Assembly: GCA_944358455.1 (NCBI GenBank)
Contig: CALVRE010000042.1
Location: 299-64,298 of the forward strand
From: an uncultured Bacilli bacterium
GTDB lineage: Bacteria > Bacillota_I > Bacilli_A > RF39 > UBA660
Length of the DNA stretch: 64,000 nt
Reading direction: 5' to 3'
Numbering within the stretch: the first letter of the stretch is position 1; every line of letters starts with the position of its first letter. A program made the position numbers and the translations under genes. Of this stretch, positions 17,927-29,175 are shown in pieces. A model generated the notes under the pieces. The model ran no database searches, was not told the DNA's origin, and saw nothing but the letters and a program-made list of their open reading frames with translations.

Positions 17927-18934
17927 TAAATTTTCCAGTACTTCTAGAGCCTCATCGAAAGTCGATACGCCGATGATTTCGATGTCGTAATGATTCTCTT
18001 CTTTTAGCTCCATCGCTTCTTCCAAATTATCGCCATTCGGAACTAAAAACAAATCCGCCTTTGCCTTGACAGCTCCTTTTAATTTATATTCAACTCCACC
18101 AATACTTCCAACGTTACCATCTAAATCGATCGTTCCCGTTCCCACGATCGTAAGACCATGCGTAATATCTTCTGGAATCAAATAGTTGTAAATCGCCAAA
18201 GCCATCATAAAACCGCCAGATGGACCAGATTCTGATTGATCGAAGTGAAAGGTGATTTCGGGATCCGTTATGACATCTTTCTTTTCCGAAATCATAACCC
18301 CAATGACTTCTACCCCTTCTAATTCGTAAATTTCAGCTTTTCTCGTATATTCTTTGCCATTATTGATTACGTTTAATGTAAGCGTATCCCCGATGGTACA
18401 CTTGCTGATTTCTTCTGCTAAAGCTTCTTTTTCATTGACGGCGATACCGTTGATTTCTAAAATTTCATCTTGTACTTCTAAATCGGTCCTGCCATCTGGA
18501 TCGACATAAGTGACAAACAACTGACGATTCGTTACCTCAATCTCTTTTCCGGCCTTTTGATAAGCCAAAATAAGAGCGTTGTCATTCGCTTCTTCGAGCA
18601 TTAAATGATCACGAAAACTAACATCGCGAATCGTTTCGTTTTCTAAAACAACTTCTTCTTGTTTGATGATATCCCAATCACTACGAAGACTAGCAATTAA
18701 CAAAACAGGAATCGTTCCTTTCAATTCTGAAACGTATGCCATATTAAAACTTCCTTCGACAGGATATCCCCCATCTACTTCAATTTTAGAAGAAATATCG
18801 ATAATTCCTCCTGGAGTATTGACATAATAAGGTAAACGAATCGTCGCCAAAAGAACGATTACGACCATTACAATAAAAAACTTATAATTTTCACATATGA
18901 TTTTTTTTATTTCATCATATAATTTATTGAACAT
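17918..18934 (-). CDS. ylbL: YlbL-family PDZ-containing Lon-like (S16) protease
   Basis: An N-terminal TM helix and PDZ domain are followed by a Lon-like proteolytic domain. ESGPSGG carries the catalytic Ser and KLKGAVKAKAD the catalytic Lys. Confidence 0.75.
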   Translation of the reverse strand: MFNKLYDEIKKIICENYKFFIVMVVIVLLATIRLPYYVNTPGGIIDISSKIEVDGGYPVEGSFNMAYVSELKGTIPVLLIASLRSDWDIIKQEEVVLENETIRDVSFRDHLMLEEANDNALILAYQKAGKEIEVTNRQLFVTYVDPDGRTDLEVQDEILEINGIAVNEKEALAEEISKCTIGDTLTLNVINNGKEYTRKAEIYELEGVEVIGVMISEKKDVITDPEITFHFDQSESGPSGGFMMALAIYNYLIPEDITHGLTIVGTGTIDLDGNVGSIGGVEYKLKGAVKAKADLFLVPNGDNLEEAMELKEENHYDIEIIGVSTFDEALEVLENLEG

Positions 18935-18979
18935 GGGATCTTCCTTTCTATTTATAGAATATTGATGATAGGTGAAAAT

Positions 18980-19957
18980 ATGAAAAAAATTCTAACAAGT
19001 TGTGGTATTATGATTGTTCTGCTCTTTATCGTTGTCGAGATTTTAACAGAATCTAGTACGATTTTAGAGAGTGTAAAATTTTCCTTTTCCATTTGGACGA
19101 ACAACATTTTTCCTTCTTTATTTCCTTTTTTTGTGTTGTCCGAAATACTCGTTAACTATGGTTTTATCGAACTTGTTGGAGAACTTTTTAAACCTTTCAT
19201 GTATTCTCTTTTTCGCGTGAAAGGTGAATGTGCTTTTATTTTCATCATGAGTATTATATCAGGTTTTCCTTCAAATGCCAAATACACGAGAGAGCTCTAT
19301 TTAAACGGAACTCTAAACAAAGAAGAGGCCTCGAAGATTCTTACTTTCACCCATTTTTCTAACCCGCTATTTATTTTAGGAACTATTTCGCTTCTCTTTT
19401 TAAATAATAAAGAAGCAGGACTATTAATTCTACTTTGTCATTATGGAACAAATCTTATTATTGGTCTTATTTTTCGTAATTTTTATCCTAGTCCAAAAGA
19501 ACATGAAAAGGTATCTTTGAAGCGAGCTATTTTAAATATGCATCAAAAAAGAATTCACAATCAACAATCGTTTGGAACGATTATGACGAATTCTCTCGTG
19601 AATAGTATCAATACATTGTTACTGATTTTAGGTGTTGTTACGGTTTTCTTAGTCATTACGACGATCATTGGTAACAATTTACATATCGGTAGTTACTATC
19701 AAAGTGTTTTAAATGGTTTCTTCGAAATGACGCAGGGATTAAAATATGTGAGTATTTTAGGAATTCCTCTGAAGTTAAAGGCGGTTCTTTCGACGATGAT
19801 CATATCGTTCGGAGGACTCAGTGTTCATATGCAAATGATGAGCATTCTAAGCGATACCAAAATTTCTTATTTTCCATTTTTAACGGCTCGTATCATGCAT
19901 GCCACCATCGCTTCCATGCTCGTTTATTTTCTCTTCGACTTTTGGATCATGCTTTAG
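18980..19957 (+). CDS. ylbJ: Sporulation integral membrane protein YlbJ (nucleoside-recognition domain)
   Basis: A polytopic protein with a YlbJ-like sequence. Its position next to ylbL matches the Bacillus arrangement. The start was set at MKKIL, with RBS AGGTGA. Confidence 0.65.
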   Translation: MKKILTSCGIMIVLLFIVVEILTESSTILESVKFSFSIWTNNIFPSLFPFFVLSEILVNYGFIELVGELFKPFMYSLFRVKGECAFIFIMSIISGFPSNAKYTRELYLNGTLNKEEASKILTFTHFSNPLFILGTISLLFLNNKEAGLLILLCHYGTNLIIGLIFRNFYPSPKEHEKVSLKRAILNMHQKRIHNQQSFGTIMTNSLVNSINTLLLILGVVTVFLVITTIIGNNLHIGSYYQSVLNGFFEMTQGLKYVSILGIPLKLKAVLSTMIISFGGLSVHMQMMSILSDTKISYFPFLTARIMHATIASMLVYFLFDFWIML

Positions 19958-20454
19958 CCGATCGTCGTAAAATTACTATTGTATTGATAAACGGCGGTTA
20001 CACCAAAGTTACCTTCTAATAAACGGTTAGTTACAGGAATTACAATTTTAATCATTGAATCGTATTGGGCAGGAGAAACATCAGGAACGGTTTCCGTTGA
20101 TACAACAAAATCACCAAAGCTGCTACCATCTACCAACTTGGTCGCATAATCACCATACTCAAATAAATTTTGATCTTTATCGATTCTTAAGGTGGTGGTG
20201 GAAGTATCATCGAAAGAAAACGTAATACAATTATCGCCACAATTTGTAAATGATGTAATCGTTTTGCTACGAAAATCATCGTATATTTTCTGTGTCATAA
20301 TCGCTTGTTTGTTGAGTAGTGCTGATTTGATTCCATTGTTAACATACATTTCTCTTAGTGAAATAATAATTTGAAATAAAAAGATTACGATTACCATTAC
20401 TAAACTAAATGATACCACTAGTTCCACTACTGTAAAGCCATTTTTCTTTTTCAT
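19954..20454 (-). CDS. Prepilin-type N-terminal cleavage/methylation domain protein (minor pseudopilin, ComGD/GspH-like)
   Basis: The N-terminus MKKKNGFTVVELVV has the G-F-T-x-x-E prepilin motif. Confidence 0.75.
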   Translation of the reverse strand: MKKKNGFTVVELVVSFSLVMVIVIFLFQIIISLREMYVNNGIKSALLNKQAIMTQKIYDDFRSKTITSFTNCGDNCITFSFDDTSTTTLRIDKDQNLFEYGDYATKLVDGSSFGDFVVSTETVPDVSPAQYDSMIKIVIPVTNRLLEGNFGVTAVYQYNSNFTTIG

Positions 20455-20463
20455 AGTTACCTC

Positions 20464-20973
20464 CTAATAAATTTTTATCGTCGCAAACGTTCCATCTTCC
20501 ATTTCGACTACTAAGCGGTATTTTAATAGTTCATCATCGTATTTGATATATTCGATAAAGCGTTTCATCGACTCAGAAATATCATCTATACTATCGAATA
20601 CACTTTGTACATAGGTCGTATTTTCATCGATAAAGAGAATGGTTTTGATCTCTAAGACTTCTTTTAATCGACGACAATAATCAGTTTCATTAACATAAGA
20701 AGTTGGACAATCTGACAAATCGATATATTTCATTTTATCGTTACGAAAGGTTTCTGCCATGGATATAAAATTGTCTTGCATGTAAAACTTTTTCATATTC
20801 TCTGCCGCATACAGAGCGTTTACGGTATTATATTTAAAAGTCGTCTGATACCCTTGATTGACATTTCGAAATTGAATAAACAAGAAAACCAACGTTCCTA
20901 AAATAAAGGTGGCAGCGATCAAAGTCTCAGCTAACATGAACCCTTTACTTTTATTTTTTTTCATAAACTTCAT
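20464..20973 (-). CDS. Prepilin-type pseudopilin
   Basis: The N-terminus KGFMLAETLIA is followed by a hydrophobic helix. Confidence 0.7.
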   Translation of the reverse strand: MKFMKKNKSKGFMLAETLIAATFILGTLVFLFIQFRNVNQGYQTTFKYNTVNALYAAENMKKFYMQDNFISMAETFRNDKMKYIDLSDCPTSYVNETDYCRRLKEVLEIKTILFIDENTTYVQSVFDSIDDISESMKRFIEYIKYDDELLKYRLVVEMEDGTFATIKIY

Positions 20974-21060
20974 CTCCCTATGTTGAATTTATTCTGAATA
21001 TATTATATAATACATTTAGGATAAATGCTAGTCAAAAATGAATAAAAGGGGATGAATATT

Positions 21061-22383
21061 ATGCTAAGAGTATTTGATTTTGAAAAGATGCCAGTTGTTG
21101 AAATTGTCAACGATATTATGGTCGATGCATCGAAACGTGGAGCAAGTGATATCCACTTTGATCCGTTAGAAAAATTTATGAAAATTAGAATTCGTATCGA
21201 TGGAATTCTAATTGACTATGCAGAAGTTCCTAACACAATTAAAAAGAATTTAATTACACGTATCAAGATTATTTCTAATATGAATATCACAGAAACACGT
21301 CTACCACAAGATGGTGCGATCAAGGCTACTCTTCAAGATACCAATCTCGATCTTCGTGTCTCTTGCTTACCTACTAGTCAAGGAGAAAAGATCGTTATTC
21401 GTATTTTGGACTATACGATGAGTTTATCTGGTATCGAGGAATTAGGATTCAGCGATGTCAACTATCAAAAAGTATTAAAAATGATTTCGGTACCAAATGG
21501 AATTGTGCTCGTCACTGGTGCGACTGGTACTGGTAAATCGACGACTGTCTACTCTATTTTGCAACGTTTAAATAAAGAGGAAACAAATATTATCACGGTT
21601 GAGGATCCGATCGAAATGGATATTGAAGGAATCAATCAGGTACAAACAAATAGTGAAATTGGACTTACTTTTGCAACCGCTCTTCGTTCGATCTTACGTC
21701 AAGACCCAAACATCATCATGATCGGAGAAATTCGTGATACCGAAACAGCAAAAATTGCCGTTCGTGCTTCTATCACAGGACACTTAGTATTATCGACGAT
21801 CCACACCAATAACTCTTTAAATACAATCGAACGTCTACTGGATATGGATGTAGAGCGTTATTTGTTATCAAGTGCTTTAACAGGTATCATTTCTCAAAAA
21901 TTAGCTCGTATGCTATGTCCTCATTGCCGTACGAAACGTAAAACAAATGATTATGAAAAAAATCTTTTAAAACAAGTAATTGGTCATTCCGTCGATGAAG
22001 TTTATACAGCAGAAGGTTGTGAAGTATGTGGAAATGGTTATCACGGACGTATCGCGATTCAAGAAGTACTTCTCATCAATCAAGAAATTCGTGATGCAAT
22101 CAGTAATAACTTACCAAAAGAAAAATTACGCGAACTTGTCTATCGTTCCGATGTAACAACACTACTTCAGGATGGATTACAAAAAGTAATCGATGGATAT
22201 ACAACATTTGAAGAAGTCCTAAAATTGATCGAATTAGATGACGATGAAAACATTATCGAAGGAAAGTTGGATTTAAAAGAAGCATTAAAGATGACGGATA
22301 TTGCGAAACATGCTCAAGAGCAAAATCAAACATTAGAACCAAAGCCTCTCGATCCTAAACCAATTATAGGACCAGTTGATTAA
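21061..22383 (+). CDS. Type II/IV secretion ATPase (GspE/PilB/ComGA family)
   Basis: Walker A VTGATGTGKSTT, an Asp box and His box, and a C-terminal tetracysteine (CPHC...CEVCG). The start was set at MLRVF after the RBS AGGGGA. Confidence 0.85.
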   Translation: MLRVFDFEKMPVVEIVNDIMVDASKRGASDIHFDPLEKFMKIRIRIDGILIDYAEVPNTIKKNLITRIKIISNMNITETRLPQDGAIKATLQDTNLDLRVSCLPTSQGEKIVIRILDYTMSLSGIEELGFSDVNYQKVLKMISVPNGIVLVTGATGTGKSTTVYSILQRLNKEETNIITVEDPIEMDIEGINQVQTNSEIGLTFATALRSILRQDPNIIMIGEIRDTETAKIAVRASITGHLVLSTIHTNNSLNTIERLLDMDVERYLLSSALTGIISQKLARMLCPHCRTKRKTNDYEKNLLKQVIGHSVDEVYTAEGCEVCGNGYHGRIAIQEVLLINQEIRDAISNNLPKEKLRELVYRSDVTTLLQDGLQKVIDGYTTFEEVLKLIELDDDENIIEGKLDLKEALKMTDIAKHAQEQNQTLEPKPLDPKPIIGPVD

Positions 22384-22407
22384 GCAAGTTTATACTTGCT
22401 TTTTTTG
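22383..22407 (+). terminator. Rho-independent terminator after the ATPase gene; a second minus-strand hairpin at 22411-22435 serves the pilD gene
   Basis: AGCAAGT-TTAT-ACTTGCT followed by TTTTTTT. The second hairpin is GAATAGA/TCTATTC with a T-run on the minus strand. Confidence 0.55.
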
Positions 22408-22425
22408 TATAAAAAAAGAATAGAA

Positions 22426-23196
22426 TTATCTATTCCAAGTTAGTAAATATAAAATCATTTCCATATCGATGCGACTAAGAAGCAAAATGATTGCTCCTAA
22501 GCTTAAGAAAGGACCAAAAGGGATCTCATGATTACTGTTCTTTTTTAGTGTCATAATGGCAATGGGTAAACCAATAATCGATCCTAAAAAGATGGATATA
22601 ATGGCAAGTGGCCAGCCAAGAACGATACCGAAAATTCCCATCAATTTAATATCTCCTCCACCCATCGATTCTTTTTTAAATAGAAAATCACCAAATTTCT
22701 TAAGTAAAAACATGATGATAAAGGAAATAATACCACTTATAAGCGCTGAAAATAAAGCCTCTCCACCACGAATAAAATAAATTTCAATCAGCAATAAAAT
22801 ACCAAAGACAATTAATACTTCATCAGGGATAATCATCGTTTCAATATCACTTACAAAGATGATTAAAAGCATCGATACAAACGTTAACGCAATCAATAAT
22901 TCCCAGGTGAGTCCAAACGCTAAATAAGAAAGAGCAAATAAAATACCACTTGCAATTTCAAAAACGGGATGAAACCAAGGAATTGGTGCTTTACAATTCT
23001 TACACTTCCCTTTCTGTAACAGAAAAGAAAAGATAGGAATCAATTCTAAAGGTGTTAGTATATGTCCACATTTGGGACAATGAGAACGAGGAGAGATAAT
23101 GGATTCTCCTCGCGGTAATCGATCCCCTACTACATTGTAAAAGGAACCGAAAATGGTTCCAAAAAGGAAAAAGATAATCGTATAATAAACTGTCAT
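22426..23196 (-). CDS. Prepilin peptidase (A24 family, PilD/ComC)
   Basis: The N-terminal CxxC...CPKCGH zinc motif is followed by a polytopic region with the catalytic Asp motif. The start was set at MTVYY, with RBS AGGGGGA. Confidence 0.85.
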   Translation of the reverse strand: MTVYYTIIFFLFGTIFGSFYNVVGDRLPRGESIISPRSHCPKCGHILTPLELIPIFSFLLQKGKCKNCKAPIPWFHPVFEIASGILFALSYLAFGLTWELLIALTFVSMLLIIFVSDIETMIIPDEVLIVFGILLLIEIYFIRGGEALFSALISGIISFIIMFLLKKFGDFLFKKESMGGGDIKLMGIFGIVLGWPLAIISIFLGSIIGLPIAIMTLKKNSNHEIPFGPFLSLGAIILLLSRIDMEMILYLLTWNR

Positions 23197-23206
23197 AAAA
23201 ATCCCC

Positions 23207-25114
23207 CTATACTTCTTGAATGGCAGTATACATATTAAACATTGGAATAACGATCGAAAGAATGATAATACCAACAACGACAGTTAAGAATAAAATCAAA
23301 ACTGGTTCGATAAATGTCTTAACACGAGTAACCGCATTCTTATGAAGATCCTGATAATACTCTGATACTTTCTTCATCATCTGTGGAAGTTCTCCTGTTC
23401 GTTCTCCTGTTACCAACATTTCATAAGCCGGCATTGGAAAGGCCCAATGATCTTTGAAGGCCGTTGATATCTTCTCACCTTTTGCAAGATTGGCAATCGT
23501 ATCCAATATTAACATTTTATAAATTTCATTATTCGTAATCTTATTTAAGATATCCATACTATCGGTAATGAAAACGTTGTGTTCCAATAAAGAAGCAAAA
23601 GTTTTCGTAAAAGTTGTAACTTCATTATAAATGATAATATTACCAAATATCGGTAAATGCATCAACAACCATTGTGTAGCTGTTCGAATCAATTTAACAT
23701 TATGATATAAATAAGCAAATACCCCAATTACAAGAGCAATAATAAGAATTACTAACCATAAATTATGTTGTAAGAAATCACTCAAATTCATAATGGCAAT
23801 CGTGATTCCTGGAATCTGTGCTGCATCCATACTTTCATATATTTCGACAAATTGTGGAATAACGTAGATCATAATGAAAGTAACAACAGCAATCGCTACT
23901 ACTAAGACAATCGAAGGATAAGTCATAGCCGTAATCATCTCTTTACGCGTTTTATCCATCTCTGTATAGTACTCTGCCATATCATCTAAGACTTCTGGTA
24001 GAGATCCTATCATTTCCGATGTCTTTATCATGTTAATAAGCAAAGCTGGAAAAGCTTTTCCTTGTTTTTCCATAGCGGTACTAAAGTTTTCTCCCATCGT
24101 AAGGTCGTAGATCATCAACTTAAAAATACGTTGATATGCCTTCGACTTAAACTGGCGAGATAAAATCTTGAGTGACTCAACTAAGGGAATACCAGCTTTG
24201 ATATATGTCGATAATTGTGTCAAGAAGAAAATAAGGTCTTTCGTCTTAACCTTCGTATGACTAGTTGCCGAACTTTGATGTAGGAAACGAATCCACTTAT
24301 CAGTTTTAATACTATATACTTCGTATCCTTCCGAAAGTAAAAAAGAATGAACCTCTACTTTCGAATATGCTTCAAAATAACCTTTGACAATTTTCCCATC
24401 GGGATCTTTCGCTTCGTATTCGTATAATAATTTGGTTGGACTTTTCTCCGCATCTTCTCCATCAAAATCGATTAATAAAACATTACGATTGATATCTTTA
24501 CGATTACGCTTTGCTTTTACAAACGATGAATTATTATACTTCTTCTTGATATTGGCAACCATTTTCTTTGGAAAAGCAATAATAGCAAGCAAAAAATCGT
24601 TGATGCGATCGCCAAACGTTTTTCTTTCAATCTTAACTTTTTCGTTGATATAAACATCATTTTCACGTTTTTGTTTTTCTCTTTTTTCAGCTAATTGACG
24701 TTCTTTTTCGAGACGACGTACTTCTTTTAATTTTTCCTCTTTTTCACGACGTGCTTCTGCTCTTATAGCAGCCTTTTCAGCATAGCGAACATATGCATTG
24801 TAAATAAAGATAAAAGGAACGGAAATTCCAAATAATGCATAATGTAAAAAGTGATAACAAATTCTTGATAATACGATAAAGCCTTTCACCGCATATTTCA
24901 AAATATATAAGAAAAATAAAACGATTGCTCGTATTCCTAATCCCACGTACTTCCCTAAAATAAAAATAAGGCTAACAATAAAATCAATTACGGTATAAAA
25001 AGTAAAGAAGGTTCCTAAACAAAAATATCGAATCAACATGATAGGTATTCTAAACAAGAAACGTACCATATGGTAGACCATTATGAAAGGATGAAAAAAT
25101 AGAGATTTCTTCAT
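23207..25114 (-). CDS. Type II secretion system F-family platform protein (PilC/ComGB-like) with a ~215-aa N-terminal extension (4 TM helices plus a K/E/R-rich coiled coil)
   Basis: The canonical GspF domains begin near LLYEYEAKDPDGKIVKG and continue with AGIPLVESL. The start was set at MKKSLFF with RBS AGGTG; the listed MFFA start is a GTG. Confidence 0.8.
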   Translation of the reverse strand: MKKSLFFHPFIMVYHMVRFLFRIPIMLIRYFCLGTFFTFYTVIDFIVSLIFILGKYVGLGIRAIVLFFLYILKYAVKGFIVLSRICYHFLHYALFGISVPFIFIYNAYVRYAEKAAIRAEARREKEEKLKEVRRLEKERQLAEKREKQKRENDVYINEKVKIERKTFGDRINDFLLAIIAFPKKMVANIKKKYNNSSFVKAKRNRKDINRNVLLIDFDGEDAEKSPTKLLYEYEAKDPDGKIVKGYFEAYSKVEVHSFLLSEGYEVYSIKTDKWIRFLHQSSATSHTKVKTKDLIFFLTQLSTYIKAGIPLVESLKILSRQFKSKAYQRIFKLMIYDLTMGENFSTAMEKQGKAFPALLINMIKTSEMIGSLPEVLDDMAEYYTEMDKTRKEMITAMTYPSIVLVVAIAVVTFIMIYVIPQFVEIYESMDAAQIPGITIAIMNLSDFLQHNLWLVILIIALVIGVFAYLYHNVKLIRTATQWLLMHLPIFGNIIIYNEVTTFTKTFASLLEHNVFITDSMDILNKITNNEIYKMLILDTIANLAKGEKISTAFKDHWAFPMPAYEMLVTGERTGELPQMMKKVSEYYQDLHKNAVTRVKTFIEPVLILFLTVVVGIIILSIVIPMFNMYTAIQEV

Positions 25115-25233
25115 TGCAAAAAACACCTACCCGTTCTTTCTATTCTTTATCATACACATTATAACATAATTTTCACTTTTGTAAAACATTTTTCAGGAAT
25201 TTCATATAATATTTTAGAAAGGAGTATACAAAC

Positions 25234-25626
25234 ATGAATTACTATAATCCTTATTATAACTTCCCTACTTACATGATGAGTGCAGCCCCAACATCCCGTG
25301 GTTTACTTGGAGGAATCAGTGCTGCAAGGGGTATTCGATCAGGTATCAATTGGGGCACGATTTTAAATAATATCCAAAGAGGTCTTGGTATTGCTAATCA
25401 GGCCATCCCGGTTATTAAACAAGTTACACCAGTGATGCGAAATGCGAAAACGATGTTTCAAGTAATGAACGAATTTAAAAAAGTCGATACTCCAATTTCA
25501 AACGAAAGAGCTACTACCCCAAATGAACAAATGATGAATAATGGCACCAATAGCGAAGAGGCTACGAGTGATGCTTCGGCCACTACTCAAACAATTAACA
25601 ACAACGGCCCCGTCTTCTTTATATAA
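25234..25626 (+). CDS. Hypothetical small protein (Tyr/Asn-rich N-terminus, Thr/Asn-rich C-terminus)
   Basis: RBS AGGAG. No recognisable family; possibly spore- or secretion-associated. Confidence 0.45.
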   Translation: MNYYNPYYNFPTYMMSAAPTSRGLLGGISAARGIRSGINWGTILNNIQRGLGIANQAIPVIKQVTPVMRNAKTMFQVMNEFKKVDTPISNERATTPNEQMMNNGTNSEEATSDASATTQTINNNGPVFFI

Positions 25627-25633
25627 AAAAGAG

Positions 25634-26293
25634 TTAAAATAACTTCAACTCCTTTTCAATTATTTTCTTTCTTCTCGCGGTTTTTATACGTAGAAAAATC
25701 TTCTTTTTTGGTAAGTGGGAAAGAATCTTTTCTTCTTTTTGAACTAAGTGCTGATAATATTCACGAGTACTTGGTTCTTTTTGTTGTCTTAAAATAGGGC
25801 CTAACCACTCATCTTTTTGTGAATAATGACCTTCTCCTTTCAAAAAGCTAATAATCACATTGTAGATATGTCCTTCTTTGACAACTTTTTCGTTTTCAAT
25901 TTGATATCCTAGATGTGTCACTTCTTTACGAAGTAATTCTAAATCATTGTTGGATTGTAAAATCAACTGTTCCGGCAATCGAGAAGCATGCTTTAAAATG
26001 GATAAAATCGTATGAGTTCCCATACCAGCAATCACAACTGTATATGGACCTTTTATCGTTAAATCCGGTAATCCATCACCAATACGAACTTCAATTTTAT
26101 CTTGTAAATGATATGCTTCTATATTGTGTCTAGCATTTTTTAAAGCATTTTCGTTGATATCACAAGCAATACAAGTGATGTTTCGTTCCATTGTACAATA
26201 GATATCTAATAGAGCATGATCACAACCAATATCCATTAATATTGGATATCGAATCATGTCAGCAATCGTTTGTAAGCGAGGTGATAATTTCAC
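25634..26293 (-). CDS. trmK: tRNA (adenine22-N1)-methyltransferase TrmK
   Basis: The SAM methyltransferase N-terminus is MKLSPRLQTIA...DIGCDHALL. It lies downstream of sigA, as in Bacillus. Confidence 0.8.
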   Translation of the reverse strand: MKLSPRLQTIADMIRYPILMDIGCDHALLDIYCTMERNITCIACDINENALKNARHNIEAYHLQDKIEVRIGDGLPDLTIKGPYTVVIAGMGTHTILSILKHASRLPEQLILQSNNDLELLRKEVTHLGYQIENEKVVKEGHIYNVIISFLKGEGHYSQKDEWLGPILRQQKEPSTREYYQHLVQKEEKILSHLPKKKIFLRIKTARRKKIIEKELKLF

Positions 26294-27378
26294 TAGTCAC
26301 CCATATAATCTTTTAGTTTACGAGAACGAGAAGGATGACGTAATTTACGTAACGCTTTCGCTTCAATTTGACGAATACGTTCACGAGTAACACCAAACAT
26401 CTGTCCAACTTCCTCTAAAGTACGACTCTTTCCATCTTCAAGACCAAAACGTAAACGAATGACTTTCTCTTCGCGTTCTGTCAATGTTAATAATACATCC
26501 GCAATTTCATCTTTTAACATTTCGTTAGTTGCATATTCTTCCGGGCTCATATTACTTTCATCTTTAATGAAATCGCCTAAATGAGAATCTTCCTCTTCTC
26601 CGATTGGCGTCTCTAAACTAACAGGATCTTGACTAATTTTATAGATATCGCGAATCTTATCAACTGACATATTCATTTTCTTAGCCAGTTCTTCTTCACT
26701 TGGTTCGCGGTTTAGTTCCAAGGTTAATTGTCTTTGAATTCGAGCTAATTTGTTGATGGTTTCCACCATGTGAACAGGAACACGAATCGTTCTTGCTTGA
26801 TCGGCAATCGCACGTGTAATCGCTTGACGAATCCACCAAGTCGCATAGGTAGAAAATTTATATCCCTTTGTAACATCAAATTTTTCAACTGCTTTCATAA
26901 GCCCAATATTTCCCTCTTGAATCAAATCAAGAAATAACATTCCACGTCCTACATAACGTTTCGCAATACTGACGACTAAACGAAGATTCGCTTCTGCTAG
27001 TGTCGTTTTGGCACTTTCATCTCCTGCAGCAATACGATCTGCTAAGGCGAGTTCCTCTTCCATCGTCAATAACTTAATTTGTCCGATCTCTTTTAGATAC
27101 ATACGAACTGGATCGTTAATCGTCAAATCTTTCGTCAGAGCACTATCATCCAAGATCAATTTCGAACTATCGTCTTCTTCTCCCTCGTCCTCCGATACGA
27201 CAGCAATACTATTTTCATTAAAGGTATTATATAACTCATCCAAAGAATCAGAATCTAAATCTAACCCTTTGAGGGCATTAGCCAGTTCTTCGTAAGTGAC
27301 AAAACCTTTTTCCTTTCCTTTTTTCACTAATTCTTCTTTACGCATTTCAAATGTTTTAATTTCGTTAATCACTTTCAT
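26293..27378 (-). CDS. sigA: RNA polymerase primary sigma factor SigA/RpoD
   Basis: Region 2 ([22 protein letters not shown]) and region 4 are present. 361 aa. Confidence 0.95.
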   Translation of the reverse strand: MKVINEIKTFEMRKEELVKKGKEKGFVTYEELANALKGLDLDSDSLDELYNTFNENSIAVVSEDEGEEDDSSKLILDDSALTKDLTINDPVRMYLKEIGQIKLLTMEEELALADRIAAGDESAKTTLAEANLRLVVSIAKRYVGRGMLFLDLIQEGNIGLMKAVEKFDVTKGYKFSTYATWWIRQAITRAIADQARTIRVPVHMVETINKLARIQRQLTLELNREPSEEELAKKMNMSVDKIRDIYKISQDPVSLETPIGEEEDSHLGDFIKDESNMSPEEYATNEMLKDEIADVLLTLTEREEKVIRLRFGLEDGKSRTLEEVGQMFGVTRERIRQIEAKALRKLRHPSRSRKLKDYMGD

Positions 27379-29122
27379 CTCTCCTCATTTTTAATCCTAC
27401 GATTTGTTTGGCGATATTCGCTTTTTCAAAGGGATCACTTGTCCGTTTCATCTGTTCTTTTAGACGTGCGGTTTCCACTTTGATATTATACTCTAAAATC
27501 ACATTAATGTAGTCATTAATTTCGTCAATTTTATATTCTTCTTTCAAATTTAAACGATTGATCTCACCCAACGTCTTCAATAATTCTTGATCCTCTCCTA
27601 TAAAAGTAATAAAATCAGCCATATCGATCGATTGATAATTTTTATAAAAATAATTAATTTCTCGTGCCAGATAACGGTAACGATCCGTCGGCATATAAGT
27701 AATCTTCTTTTGATACATTTTAATCACTTCTGGATACCGCAACATGTAATAAAGAAGTCCTGCTTCCGCTTTTTGATATTTTGATGGTCGCTCATTTACC
27801 TCTAAAACTCTTGGTACTTCTTTGATTGGTTCTTGTTTCTCTTTCAAATTATTTAATCTTGCCTTTAAGAAATCAAGATCCAAATTCGATTCTTGACTAA
27901 TTTTCTTTAAACTGATCTCGCGCATCACTTCATCATCGATCTTTGCTAATTCTTGAATGACCGTATTCACATAATTAGCCATGTCGACCGTACTACTCAA
28001 ATCCTTATCTTGCTTTAAATAATTTAATTTGAAATCCATGACACTAATTGGATTTTCTAGTTTCGCTAAAAATTTTTCTTTTCCATATTTTTTGATATAC
28101 TCATCGGGATCTAAATCTTTCTCTAAACGAACGATTTTAGGAATAACTCCCATTTCTAGTAGTTCGTTACTACAAGCAAGTGTCGCTTTTGCTCCCGCTC
28201 TATCACCATCAAAGCAAAGAATTACTTCTTTGGCCATTTTTTTTATCATGCCGGCTTGTTCTTTCGTTACCGCTGTTCCCATCGTCGCAATCACATTCTT
28301 TACGCCGACCGTATAAGCACGAATAACATCCATAAATCCTTCCATAATAATGACGCTTTGCTTCATTCTTGCTTCTTCTTTCGCACGATGATAATTATAT
28401 AATAATTCTCCTTTTTTAAAAATATCGGTTTCTTTCGTATTGATGTACTTAAATTCTTTCTCACCATGATAGACACGACCGCTAAAGCCAACTACTTTAC
28501 CAGATGGATCCCAAAGTGGAAACATGATACGATTATAATAAATATCTTGATAACCATACTCATTCTTGACAACTAAACCGCTTTTCAGCAAATCTGCATG
28601 TGCGAATTCTTTTCCTAATAATAATTTTGTCAACATCTCACGATTTTTAATCGAAAGACCAATTCCAAATTCACGAATAATGTCATCGGTAATATCTCGT
28701 CCTCTTAAATACTCTTTGGCCTCTTTTCCTTCTTTGGTATTAATATTATTTTGATAAAACTTCACGGCCACTTCATAAATATCGTATAACGATTGAAAAC
28801 GAGTATTGGTGTTTTTCTTAAAATCTCCTATCGCGATATCAATTCCTGCTTTATCTGCGACCTTTTTAAGAGCTTCTGGAAAACTGATATGTTCATAATC
28901 CATGATAAATTTAAATACGTTTCCTGTCGCACCACACGAAAAACAGGTATAAATTTGTTTCTCGCTCGATACACTCATACTAGGAGAATGATCATCGTGA
29001 AAAGGACAAACGCCAAAAAAATTTTTTCCCTTTTGTGTGAGCGGTAGATATTCGCCAATTACATCGACGATATTGACGCTACCACGAATATGATTGATTT
29101 CATCATTCGACAAAACATTCAT
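27365..29122 (-). CDS. dnaG: DNA primase DnaG
   Basis: CHC2 zinc finger ([11 protein letters not shown]...CFSCG) and a Toprim domain (EGFMD). The start was set at MNVLS, with RBS AGGGAG. Confidence 0.9.
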   Translation of the reverse strand: MNVLSNDEINHIRGSVNIVDVIGEYLPLTQKGKNFFGVCPFHDDHSPSMSVSSEKQIYTCFSCGATGNVFKFIMDYEHISFPEALKKVADKAGIDIAIGDFKKNTNTRFQSLYDIYEVAVKFYQNNINTKEGKEAKEYLRGRDITDDIIREFGIGLSIKNREMLTKLLLGKEFAHADLLKSGLVVKNEYGYQDIYYNRIMFPLWDPSGKVVGFSGRVYHGEKEFKYINTKETDIFKKGELLYNYHRAKEEARMKQSVIIMEGFMDVIRAYTVGVKNVIATMGTAVTKEQAGMIKKMAKEVILCFDGDRAGAKATLACSNELLEMGVIPKIVRLEKDLDPDEYIKKYGKEKFLAKLENPISVMDFKLNYLKQDKDLSSTVDMANYVNTVIQELAKIDDEVMREISLKKISQESNLDLDFLKARLNNLKEKQEPIKEVPRVLEVNERPSKYQKAEAGLLYYMLRYPEVIKMYQKKITYMPTDRYRYLAREINYFYKNYQSIDMADFITFIGEDQELLKTLGEINRLNLKEEYKIDEINDYINVILEYNIKVETARLKEQMKRTSDPFEKANIAKQIVGLKMRRDESD

Positions 29123-29175
29123 AAAATCACACTCCCTAATAATAATATACGACAAAACTTGTCCAATTCCTTTTT

